Assembly (NCBI GenBank): GCA_035501415.1
Contig: DATJWH010000011.1
Coordinates: 16,421 to 80,420, forward strand
Length of the DNA: 64,000 bases
Direction of reading: 5' to 3'
Source of the DNA: Candidatus Limnocylindrales bacterium
GTDB taxonomy: Bacteria; Acidobacteriota; Terriglobia; Acidiferrales; UBA7541
Shown here: piece by piece, positions 19,682-28,900 of the stretch
Layout of the letters: each line of letters opens with the position of its first letter
How positions within the stretch are numbered: position 1 is the first letter of the stretch
Position numbers and translations under genes: made by a program
Notes under the pieces: model-generated
Databases searched by the model: none
What the model was told of the DNA's origin: nothing
Seen by the model: only the letters and a program-made list of their open reading frames with translations

Positions 19682-20419
19682 ATGCGTTTTTTGCCGTTTC
19701 TGCTTTCGTTGATTTTGGTTTCATCCGGCCCTGCTTCGGTCCCTCGTCCCGCCGACAAAGTCGCGCCCACGCGAACCCCTCCTGCAATTGTCATCGGCTT
19801 TGTGGGCGGCTTCATCAAGCACGACGACGTGGTTCACAGCGAAGTCGAGCTGGGGGCAATGCTACGAGCAGAATACGTCTCGGGTGTTCACGTGCAGGTA
19901 TTCGAGAATCACCGTGGCGATACCGCCTTTGACGAAGTATTGCGCCTGCTCGACACCAATGGCGACGGCCAGCTCTCACCGGACGAGAAGAGCGCCGCTC
20001 GAATCATTATTTACGGCCACAGCTGGGGCGCCTCGGAGACCGTGGCGCTCGCCCGGCGGCTCCAGAAGGCCAATATTCCCGTGCTGCTGACCATCCAGGT
20101 CGACAGCGTCCAAAAGCCCGGCGAGAACGACTCCGTGATTCCCTCGAATGTCGAGCAAGCGGTGAATTTCTATCAGACAGACGGGCTGCTGCACGGCCGC
20201 GAGCACATCCGTGCGGAAGACGCCGCGCGAACGCAGATCCTCGGCAATTTTCACCTCTCCTACAAGACTGCCCCTGCTGTCTGCCAGGGCTATCCTTGGT
20301 TCGCCTCGTTTTTCGAGAAGCCACACATCGAAATCGAGTGCGACCCCAATGTCTGGAATCAGGTCGGATCGCTGATCCGCGCGCGGCTGCCGCAACGATT
20401 CGAGTCGCACGGCTCGTAG
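19682..20419 (+). CDS. secreted alpha/beta-hydrolase-like protein with an EF-hand-type loop
   Basis: Signal peptide MRFLPFLLSLILVSS. Ca-binding-like loop DTNGDGQLSPDE. Nucleophile-elbow-like GHSWG. Confidence 0.55.
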   Translation: MRFLPFLLSLILVSSGPASVPRPADKVAPTRTPPAIVIGFVGGFIKHDDVVHSEVELGAMLRAEYVSGVHVQVFENHRGDTAFDEVLRLLDTNGDGQLSPDEKSAARIIIYGHSWGASETVALARRLQKANIPVLLTIQVDSVQKPGENDSVIPSNVEQAVNFYQTDGLLHGREHIRAEDAARTQILGNFHLSYKTAPAVCQGYPWFASFFEKPHIEIECDPNVWNQVGSLIRARLPQRFESHGS

Positions 20420-20517
20420 ACGGCATCCGTAAGCGGCTCCGCGGGAATGCCCCTGGAGAGCCCAAGCAGGCGAGCCTCCGGTAGCACATGTGCGTCGGCG
20501 AGGCTCAGAAAATTTGC

Positions 20518-20546
20518 TTGAAATAGGGCCGCGAACGTGCTACTTT
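20518..20546 (+). promoter_or_regulatory. sigma70-like promoter candidate for the cold-shock gene
   Basis: TTGAAA (20518-20523), 17-nt spacer, TACTTT (20541-20546). Would give a ~140-nt leader, which is typical of csp genes. Confidence 0.3.
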
Positions 20547-20594
20547 CCACTTGCGTTTGTCGCTCTTGTAACACCTTTAGATTCGATGGAAAAG

Positions 20595-20622
20595 GCTGCG
20601 AGTAACGCTCGCGGCTTTTTTT
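20595..20622 (+). terminator. terminator-like hairpin plus T7 run, either in the csp leader or serving as terminator of the upstream hydrolase gene
   Basis: GCTGCGAG / CTCGCGGC 8-bp stem (one G-U pair), 5-nt loop, followed by TTTTTTT (20616-20622). Confidence 0.45.
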
Positions 20623-20686
20623 GTGCTACGGCTGGAGGCGGTCGGAGAGCTGCAAATAGCTTAAAAAAGAAGAGAGATACAAAGAA

Positions 20687-20890
20687 GTGAAAGAACAAGG
20701 AACCGTGAAGTGGTTCAATGCCAGCAAGGGTTATGGTTTCATTCAGCGCGAGTCGGGCGAAGACGTTTTCGTCCACTTTTCCGCCATCCAGGCGGAAGGC
20801 TACAAGTCGCTGAACGAAGGCCAGGCTGTTGAATTCGAAGTGACCCGCGGCCCCAAGGGCCTGCAGGCAGCGAACGTCACAAGCCTCTAG
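20687..20890 (+). CDS. cspA: cold-shock protein (CspA family)
   Basis: 67 aa. RNP motifs KGYGFI and VFVHF. GTVKWFN N-terminus. GTG start. Confidence 0.92.
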   Translation: MKEQGTVKWFNASKGYGFIQRESGEDVFVHFSAIQAEGYKSLNEGQAVEFEVTRGPKGLQAANVTSL

Positions 20891-20916
20891 TCGTTTAGCT
20901 TCTAGATTGCGAAAGG

Positions 20917-20946
20917 CGGCCCGCGAAAGCGGGCCGTCTTTTTTTT
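20917..20946 (+). terminator. rho-independent terminator of csp
   Basis: CGGCCCGC-GAAA-GCGGGCCG stem-loop followed by TCTTTTTTTT. Confidence 0.85.
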
Positions 20947-21070
20947 GTGTTGGCGCTCCTATCCTTGACGCCTGCTTTCGCATCCAAAGTGGACCATCGC
21001 CGCCGACCTTGGCGGAACGCAACTGCGAGCGCGCGGGCGGCGGAACTGGTAGATTGTCGAGAGAGCCCAT

Positions 21071-22015
21071 ATGCCAGCCGAAAGTCATCGCCCCACGTGG
21101 AAAGTCCTCCTGGCATTCGCCATCATTTATTTGGTTTGGGGCTCCACTTTTCTCGCGATTCGTATCGGAGTGCGCGAGGTTCCGCCCTTCCTGCTGGCTG
21201 CGATCCGCTTCCTGATTGCCGGAGCTGTCCTCTGCGGCTGGGTCGTCGTTCGCGGTGAACGCTTGCCTACCGCGCGGCAGTGGCTATCGGCATCGCTGCT
21301 CGCCGTTTTCATGTTCGCACTCGACTACGGCTTGCTCTTCTGGTCTGAGCAGCGCGTACCCTCAGGGCTCGCGGCCGTGATGCTGGCAACAATCCCGGTG
21401 TTCATGGCGCTCTCCGAGATTTTCTTCCTGGGAACTCAGCGCTTGACGCTCCGCCTAATCGTCGCGCTACTCATTGGAATTTGCGGAGTCGCCGTGCTGA
21501 TGAGCCGCTCGCTCGATTTTGGCAGCGCGCCGATCGACCGCCGGGGTGCCGCGGCGTTGATCGTCGCCAGCATCAGTTGGTCGATCGCCTCCGTCCTGAC
21601 GAAAAAGCTCAACCTGCCCAAGTCGAAGGTAATGAGTTCGGGCGCACAGATGTTGGCCGGCGGTGTATGGCTAACGCTGACGGCCGCGTTTTTCGGCGAA
21701 TTCCGTGGCTTTCACGCGTCGAGCGTCTCGCGCAGCGCTTGGCTCGCGCTCGCGTACCTTATCGTTGCCGGCTCGATCATCGGATTCACTGCCTATACGT
21801 GGTTGATTCATCACGAATCGCCGACGCGTGTCGGCACCTACGCATACGTGAATCCGGTGGTCGCCGTCTTGCTGGGATATTTCTTGGGCGGCGAAACGCT
21901 CGGCGCGCGAACCATTCTCGGCACGGCGTGTGTGCTGGCCAGTGTCGTCGTGATTACAACGATGCGCGCGAAGAAGGCTGCACCTGTAGTCGTCGCGGCC
22001 GAAGACGCCGGCTGA
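21071..22015 (+). CDS. EamA/DMT-family transporter
   Basis: 10-TM profile. N-terminus LLAFAIIYLVWGSTFLAIRIGV is typical of the EamA duplication family. Confidence 0.8.
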   Translation: MPAESHRPTWKVLLAFAIIYLVWGSTFLAIRIGVREVPPFLLAAIRFLIAGAVLCGWVVVRGERLPTARQWLSASLLAVFMFALDYGLLFWSEQRVPSGLAAVMLATIPVFMALSEIFFLGTQRLTLRLIVALLIGICGVAVLMSRSLDFGSAPIDRRGAAALIVASISWSIASVLTKKLNLPKSKVMSSGAQMLAGGVWLTLTAAFFGEFRGFHASSVSRSAWLALAYLIVAGSIIGFTAYTWLIHHESPTRVGTYAYVNPVVAVLLGYFLGGETLGARTILGTACVLASVVVITTMRAKKAAPVVVAAEDAG

Positions 22016-22058
22016 GCGGCAAAATCCGCCTCGAAACGCGAAGGAGCAGAAAGGTCGC

Positions 22059-22712
22059 ATGAAAATACTCCTGTTTGGCGCGAGCGGGACGGCTGGTGGC
22101 GCGGTCTTCGAAGCGTGCGTCAACGCTCCCGCAGTGGACGAATTGCGCGCGATCGTGCGCCGGCCGCTCGGGCGAACGCACGCGAAGCTCCACGAATTCA
22201 TCCAAGCGAATTTTGCCGATTACGATGCCGTGAAGGATGTCTTTCGCGGCGTCGACGCCTGTCTTTTCTGTCTGGGCACCTCTGTGACGCAAGTCAGCCG
22301 GGAAGACTTCATGAAGATTTCGCGCGACTATCCAATCGCAGCCGCAAACGCGGTGAAAGCCGAAAGTCCCGGTGCTGCGTTCCACTACATCAGCGGCGCA
22401 GGAACCCGCGCGGAGAGCCGCACTTTCTGGTCGAAGGTAAAGGGCGAAACCGAAAACGAATTGATGCAACTCGTGGGCGCCGTTTGCTGGCGTCCGGCAT
22501 TCATCGACGCCGCACCTTCCGCGACCATCCCGAGGGTGTACGCGACGCTTCGGCCAGTCCTCCGCCTCCTGAAGCCGTTTCGATCGATGTATATCGCAGG
22601 CGAGGACTTAGGCCTCGCGATGCTCGAAGCCACGCGTGAGAATCTGCGTCACCGCGTGATCGAGAACGCCGAAATCCGCGAGCTCGCTCGGCGATTTCGC
22701 GCGAACGCCTGA
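22059..22712 (+). CDS. NAD(P)H-binding (atypical SDR / NmrA-like) protein
   Basis: MKILLFGASGTAGGAV Rossmann N-terminus, 217 aa. Confidence 0.65.
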   Translation: MKILLFGASGTAGGAVFEACVNAPAVDELRAIVRRPLGRTHAKLHEFIQANFADYDAVKDVFRGVDACLFCLGTSVTQVSREDFMKISRDYPIAAANAVKAESPGAAFHYISGAGTRAESRTFWSKVKGETENELMQLVGAVCWRPAFIDAAPSATIPRVYATLRPVLRLLKPFRSMYIAGEDLGLAMLEATRENLRHRVIENAEIRELARRFRANA

Positions 22713-22844
22713 GCCTGCCGGCGCTGCGAATCCCCGCTACGCCCACAAATCAGGGATTGCCCGGCTCGAATCGCGAGTATCATAAGGTGTTGTCTCCGCA
22801 TCTCAGGCCGGTCCCGCTCGAGACACACACTTCGGAGGTTCTTC

Positions 22845-24479
22845 ATGGCCAAGAAAATTCTGATCGCTGTCGGCATCGTCGTCGTCGTGCTGATCATCGT
22901 GGCGCTCGCGCTGCCCATGTTCATCAACGTGAACAAGTTCAAGCCGGTGCTTGAGACCGATCTGACGAACGCGCTGGGCCGCAAAGTTGCCATCGGAAAC
23001 ATCAATCTCTCGGTCTTCTCCGGCGGCATCACCGTTGACGACGTCTCCATCGGGGACGATCCCGCCTTTAGCCAGTCGCCTTTCCTCAGCGCCAAACAAT
23101 TGACTGTCGGCGTCGCTCTTCTGCCGCTGATCTTCTCCCAGCGGCTCGAAGTCAGCTCCTTCACCCTCTCCGACCCGCAGGTCACGCTGCTGCGCTCTCC
23201 GGCGGGCAAATGGAATTTCTCGAGCCTTGGCGCCAATGCGGGCAAATCGACGCCGACAAGCTCCAGCGCAGGCGCCGCAAATTTCTCTGTTCAGAAACTG
23301 ACGATCTCGAACGGCACGCTAACCGTTGGCACGGCCGGCGCGCCCGGAAAGACCAAGCATTACCAGGGCGTTGACCTCGAAGCGTCCGATTTGTCCTACA
23401 CAACTCAATTCCCGTTTGAGCTCACCGCGAAAACTCCAGGTGGCGGCAGCATAAAGCTCACCGGAAAGGCCGGGCCGGTGAATCCCAGTGATGCTTCGCT
23501 CACTCCGATGACCGCCACCGTGGCCGTCGAGAATCTCGATCTCGCTTCCACCGGATTCATCGACGCTTCTTCGGGGTTGGGTGGCTCCATCGACTTCAAC
23601 GGCGACGTCAATTCAGACGGCCAAACCGCGACCTCGAAGGGCACCGTGAAAGCCAGCAACATCAAGCTCGTTCCCGCAGGATCGCCGTCCAAAGTTCCTG
23701 TGAACATCGACTACGCCACCAGCTACGACCTGAAGCGCGAGACGGGCGCAGTGACGCAGGGAAATGTCCATATCGGCAAAGCGCTCGCGACTCTCGCTGG
23801 CACGTACGATATGACTGGCGCAGCCACCTCGCTGCAAATGAAGCTCGAAGGCAAAGCCATGCCGGTGCCGGATCTGGAAGGCGTGCTGCCGGCGGTTGGC
23901 GTGAACTTGCCGTCGGGCGCATCGCTGCAGACCGGCACGCTGGATACCACGCTCGCGATCAACGGACCGGTCGATAAGCTCGTCATCACGGGTCCCGTGC
24001 ATCTCGCGAACGCAAAGCTCGCGGGCTTCAATCTTCTGGGCAAGCTGGGCGCGCTGGCTTCGTTTGCGGGAATGAAGAGCGCGGGCGGATCGGACACGGA
24101 AATTCAGACGCTCAGCACGAATGTGCGCGTTGACGCGACCGGCACGCATCTGCAGGATTTGAATCTGGTTGTGCCGTCGATTGGGTCGATTACCGGCGAC
24201 GGCAACATTGGCCCGACCGGTCAGCTCGATTGCAAAATGAATGCGAAGCTGGGCAACGCGAGCAGCGCGACCGGCGTGATGACCTCGGCCTTCTCGCAGA
24301 TCGCGAGCGGCGGAGCGAAAAACGGCATTCCGTTCAAGATCACGGGAACCACGTCGAGCCCGATTTTCGAGCCCGATCTCACTGGCATGGCCAAAGGTGC
24401 CGTCAGCTCGCCGAAAAACGCGGCAAGTGCGGCCTCCGGCATTCTCGGCGGACTGCTGAAGAAGAAAAAGAATCAGTAG
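22845..24479 (+). CDS. AsmA-family outer-membrane biogenesis protein
   Basis: N-terminal anchor KKILIAVGIVVVVLIIVALALP followed by FKPVLETDLTNALGRKVAIGNINLSVFSGGITVDDVSIGD (AsmA N-domain pattern). Ser/Thr/Gly-rich beta-rich body. Confidence 0.75.
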   Translation: MAKKILIAVGIVVVVLIIVALALPMFINVNKFKPVLETDLTNALGRKVAIGNINLSVFSGGITVDDVSIGDDPAFSQSPFLSAKQLTVGVALLPLIFSQRLEVSSFTLSDPQVTLLRSPAGKWNFSSLGANAGKSTPTSSSAGAANFSVQKLTISNGTLTVGTAGAPGKTKHYQGVDLEASDLSYTTQFPFELTAKTPGGGSIKLTGKAGPVNPSDASLTPMTATVAVENLDLASTGFIDASSGLGGSIDFNGDVNSDGQTATSKGTVKASNIKLVPAGSPSKVPVNIDYATSYDLKRETGAVTQGNVHIGKALATLAGTYDMTGAATSLQMKLEGKAMPVPDLEGVLPAVGVNLPSGASLQTGTLDTTLAINGPVDKLVITGPVHLANAKLAGFNLLGKLGALASFAGMKSAGGSDTEIQTLSTNVRVDATGTHLQDLNLVVPSIGSITGDGNIGPTGQLDCKMNAKLGNASSATGVMTSAFSQIASGGAKNGIPFKITGTTSSPIFEPDLTGMAKGAVSSPKNAASAASGILGGLLKKKKNQ

Positions 24480-24511
24480 CTGTCACGCGAGGCAGGCGCC
24501 GTCGCTGCGAA

Positions 24512-25141
24512 TCAGTCCCGCTGGCCGTCGATTGCGCGGCGCGAATCCGCGAAAAGGTCGCGCAAGGCCCCAAGGACGTACCGCGCCATAATGACGATGA
24601 GCACGAGCATCACCCCGACAATCGCGGCGGATGCGTAGGGGTGCCGCGTTGCAAGCCACGTCAGCAGCACCACTGCAAAATCTTCCCCTAGGCTCAGTGC
24701 GGCGTTCGAAAAGGGTTCTGGCGAGTGCGTCACCGCTGCCCGGGCGGTGATTTTTCCGCTGTGCGCCGCGAATGCAATCAGGGCCCCCAGCAAGCTTGCC
24801 AGCAGCCGCTCTCCTTGGGGCAATTGTGCTGTTGCGCCGTACGTAAGAAGCGCCGCTACGGGAATCCGCACGAATGTGTGCAAGGCGTTCCACAGCAGGT
24901 CGAAGAGCGGAATCTTGTCTCCGATGAATTCGATAGCGAAAAGCACGATGCAGATCGCGATGACATACCAGTCTTCGACGGGCCGCACCGCAGGCGGCAG
25001 CGTCAAGGCTCCCGTCCGCGACAGGATTCCGAGCATGCCCACGGTCGCGTAGACGTTGAGTCCCGCCGAAAAGCACACGACGACGAGAAGCGCGGTGAGT
25101 TCCGTTCCCTTGGGAATCTGCGGTATCAGCGACGCGAGCAT
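24512..25141 (-). CDS. DUF4126-family membrane protein
   Basis: Four or five TM helices. Motif EFIGDKIPLFDLLWNALHTFVRIP resembles the DKIP..D...D..HTF signature I associate with DUF4126. Confidence 0.6.
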   Translation of the reverse strand: MLASLIPQIPKGTELTALLVVVCFSAGLNVYATVGMLGILSRTGALTLPPAVRPVEDWYVIAICIVLFAIEFIGDKIPLFDLLWNALHTFVRIPVAALLTYGATAQLPQGERLLASLLGALIAFAAHSGKITARAAVTHSPEPFSNAALSLGEDFAVVLLTWLATRHPYASAAIVGVMLVLIVIMARYVLGALRDLFADSRRAIDGQRD

Positions 25142-25183
25142 GGTGGCGCTTGGGTTTCGGGGTGTGTTGTCGGCGGCGGACCG

Positions 25184-25852
25184 TCAATCGGCAGCGTGAG
25201 TTTCGGGGAAGCGCTTCGCGAGCCACGCCCGCACTTCCTCCGGATGATAGTTGAAAGGGCCCAGCCCGCCCTGGTAGACGATTTTCCCTGAGTCGATCAC
25301 GTAGAGCCGTTCGGGCCAGCCGCCGTAGATGTGGTCGGCCAGATCGGTCATCCCATCGATTCCGAGCGGCAGCGGAAAATGGAACCGCTGCGTGAAATCG
25401 TTCGCAATGGCGATTCGCTGCGCCAGCGTTTTCGGCTGCGGGTAGCAGACGTTCTCGTCGAGATTCTTCTTCATTTCCCATTCATCCAGCGGATGCGCTT
25501 CGCGGATGTAGACGGCGAGGAAGTCGGCCCGGTCTTTGTAGTCGTTGTACATCTTCACCAGATCCCCGATCTGGCGGCGGAACGGCGGTCAAGTGTAGCT
25601 GCCGAAAACCAGCACCAGAGGACGCGCTCCGAGGCGATCGTGAAGATAGAAGTTCGATTGGCCGTCGAGCGAAATCAGGCGAATGTCGGGCGGCGCCTCC
25701 CCCACATGCAGGTTGCCGCGATGCCACTGCGGCAGCGCATAGCGCAGGAAGCCGTAGAGGTCGCGCGGCCCTCCCATGAAGTAGCAGCCCACGCCGACGG
25801 CAATGGCGAGAACAATCGCCAGCGAAATGCCCGTCCATTTGAGCGCGCGCAC
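25184..25852 (-). CDS. iodothyronine-deiodinase-like thioredoxin-fold selenoprotein; in-frame TGA at 25589..25591 read as Sec
   Basis: Track ORFs 25589..25852 and 25184..25558 are in the same frame and separated only by TGA. The joined sequence reads LVLVFGSYT-U-PPFRRQIGDLVKMYNDY, which matches the deiodinase active-site pattern FGS-x-T-U-PPF. N-terminal TM anchor. SECIS-like hairpin lies 12 nt after the TGA. 222 aa in total. Confidence 0.8.
25556..25576 (-). promoter_or_regulatory. bacterial SECIS-like hairpin for the deiodinase-like gene
   Basis: mRNA CGCCAGAUC-GGG-GAUCUGGUG: 9-bp stem (one G-U) with a G-rich apical loop, starting 12 nt 3' of the UGA. Confidence 0.65.
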
Positions 25853-25988
25853 CTGATCGTCTCAACGGGCACAGAATAACTCAGCGCTGCCGGCACATCA
25901 ACCGCGTCAGCGTGAGGACGTCGCCCGCGTAGTTTTCGTTTGCAAAGACGACTCGTCCCGCTCGACCCCGTCGCTTCCGTTGCTGAGG

Positions 25989-28900
25989 TTACTGGAGGGT
26001 CACGCTCACGTTAACGGCGCGAACGAGCGTGCTCGTTTCAGCAAACACAGCTTGAGTTGCGTTTCCCGTGACCGTGATGTCGAGATTGCCGCTCTGCGAA
26101 CCTAAATTGTTGGGATCGCCAGAGTACAGTGCCGAAATGGCGTATGTACCCGGACCATAGGGACTTGGATTAGTGATCAGCGATTGAGCTGTGCCGCCGC
26201 TTATGTTTGCGCTGCCGAAGTAAGCAGCATTGTTAACGTCAAACTGCACGATCCCCGTGATCGACTGTGCTGACGACGTAACCGTCGCGATGAGAGTTGC
26301 GCTCGACCCAGGCCCGAGCTTCGTGCTCGAAGCGGATAGAGTCGTCACCGTGGGGACGGGGTTGTTCTGTCCACCACCACCACCACCTCCTCCTCCCCCT
26401 CCGCCACTTCCGCTAGCGCCACCCCCACAACTAATCGCGAAGATCAGCACAGAGAGAAGCCCTAGTCCCACAGCGGGCTGGAGGAATCGCCTCCTGTTTG
26501 GCGGCGCAAACAACATCAACGAGGCAAGACCTGCGACAGCGCTCAAAGCCCACCAAGCGTAGCGAGCATCCTGAACCGGACGCAACCTGGGCGTTTGGGT
26601 GGGTATAGTCACGGCGGTTAGGACGGTGGAGGGCGCAAGAGTTGCGATTGAAAGGGTTGCTGTGGCGGGCGCACCGTTGCTGAGGGTTATGGATGACGGC
26701 GAGATGCTGCATGTCTCACCGAAGAGCACGAGCCCATTGCAGCTCAGAGCAACCGTGCTGGTGTTGTTTGTTGTCGGTGTGACGGTCAAGACGGTCGTAG
26801 CGGTCTGGCCGGCAGTGATGACGAGAGACGTAGGAGTTGCGGAAATACTAAAATCGGGAATGTTCACCGTGACGTGAGTGTAGACGTAGGACGATGCATA
26901 ATTCGAGTCACCCGGATAGACCACAGTAATGGTTTCGCTGGCCTGTGGGATCGTCGTTACGGTCGCTTGCAGTACCCAGTTCCCGCCGGAGTCTTGGCCC
27001 GTCGTCGTTGTAATAGGGCCCGTGATGGGAGTGAAGTCCGAACTAAAAGAAATACTACCCGTCGGCTTGAGCAACGCGTTGCTGGCGGGATTACCGGTGC
27101 TGATAGTAGCGGTGAGTGTCACGGTGCCGCCCAAGACGACGTTGTTTGGCGTTGCCGTTGCGTTAGTCGCAGTGGGATAAACGGCATACACGGTGAGCGG
27201 AGAGGACACGGAGCTAGCGTAATTTGTGTCACCCGTGTAGTGAACGGTGAGCGTGTGCGTCCCGGACGGTGCTGCAATCGCGATCTGGACGCTTCCGCTT
27301 AAGGACGCCCCACTCGATGCCGAACCGGCCGTGCCATTCACGGAAGCAGTGCCGGAAATCTGAGTCGCCCCGTCGAAGACTGTATATGTGCCGCCAGGGG
27401 CCGCTCCCGAGCTGCCAGATGACGTTTGGGCATAAACGTACAAAGGTGCTCCGATAGTCTCCTGCGGGGCGGAACCCTGCGGCGGCGCAGGGCTAAGGAT
27501 CGTAGTAGTCGTGGCAGCCGGAGTGACCGTAACCACATCGCTCCCGGAGCTCCCGCTGTAGCTGGCATCGCCGCCGTAGCTGGCAGCGAGGGTATGCAAG
27601 CCACCCGCCAGTTGGATGGTCTGATATTCAGCGTATCCCTGACTGTTCAGGTCAAACGTCCCTGGTCCCAAAGCATTTCCATTGTCAGTAAGGGTAATGG
27701 TGCCGGTGGGGCAGCCCTGGGCTCCGTGGCCGTTTTGAGAGCACGCTGAACCGGAGATGCTGTCGACGTTGACGCGCGAGAGATATGGTGAGCCGTAAGC
27801 AAACGTCGCGGCGTTACCACTCGTTATCTGGCCGGTGTTGGAATCGAATGTCACGATCTCGACCCGTGTTTTACTCGCCTCGGGATTCACGGTCACCTGC
27901 TGCGGTGCGGAATCGCTTGCGCCGAAGGTGCTGTCGCCCGGATAGTGCGCAATGACGTTGTAAGAGGTGCCGCCCGGCAAAATATTCGTGGTGCCCATTG
28001 CGACGGCGCATGGCGAACCCGAGCAAGTGCTGCTGGTCAATGAGAAGGTGCCCGCATCCTGCTGCGCGCCCGCGCCGGTATTCGCAATCAGTGACACGGC
28101 CCCAGTCGGCACGCTGGCCCCACTCTGCGCTTTCACGTTGATCGTCACGTTGACCGAAGTCCCGTGCGTCAGACTCGCCGGCGAAAGTGACACAATCGTC
28201 GTCGAGCTTCCCTGAAATGAGCCTTGCGGCCATTGGCTTACCAGGTTTGCCACGTTGACCGTCCCGAGGCCCGTTGCCAAGTCATATCCAGTCGTCGTGC
28301 TGTATCCCGATAAGACGCCGTAGGTATCGGCCTGATTTGTGACGCTGCAGTTCTTGCTGCCCTTAAGACAAGGCACGGCAATCGTGGAACCCGTCGGAAT
28401 ATCGTAGAAAACGCAAGAGGCCGCCGGGCTCGGCGCGGACGTGCACGTCTTGCCCGACTGGCCGGCGAGACCGTACAAGACGTAGTTCGCGTTGCCCTGT
28501 CGGCCATATCTCTGGTTGATCAGTGCCATGATTCCCGCGAACGCAGGCGAGGCTACCGAAGTGCCTCCGTAGCCGGCGAAATCCTGGTAAGGCGAGTTCA
28601 GGTCGCACGTATTGAACGTCTTGTCCCGCTCGCAGACAACGTAGAAGGTGTCGTTGAATCCGTTGCTCGCGAAAAGTGCAACATCGGGTACGTCCCGCTT
28701 GCCATCGGCCGGAACGCCCGTGCCTCGTTGCCAGGAAGGCTTCGTATACCCGCCGGAGCAGGTGCTCAGGAGTTGTCCCGTGGAAATCGTGCAGTTGCTG
28801 GCGCCTCCGCTGCCTGCAGTTGTGTTAAGCAGTCCGTAATTATAGATTGCGGACGCATTGTTGCAGACCTGCTCGGCGGTTGTGTCGCCGAAGAACGAGA

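Noticed and set aside
26370-26405. CCACCACCACCACCACCTCCTCC low-complexity run as a possible microsatellite or phase-variation tract
   Set aside because: It is an in-frame run of 12 Gly codons using mixed GGN codons rather than a perfect repeat. It is more likely a flexible linker than a slippage-prone tract.
26540-26640. PEP-CTERM or IPTL-CTERM-type sorting signal (VTIPTQTP...hydrophobic...RRR) in the sedolisin protein
   Set aside because: The motif spacing does not fit the sorting-signal patterns I know, and the segment is internal rather than C-terminal.
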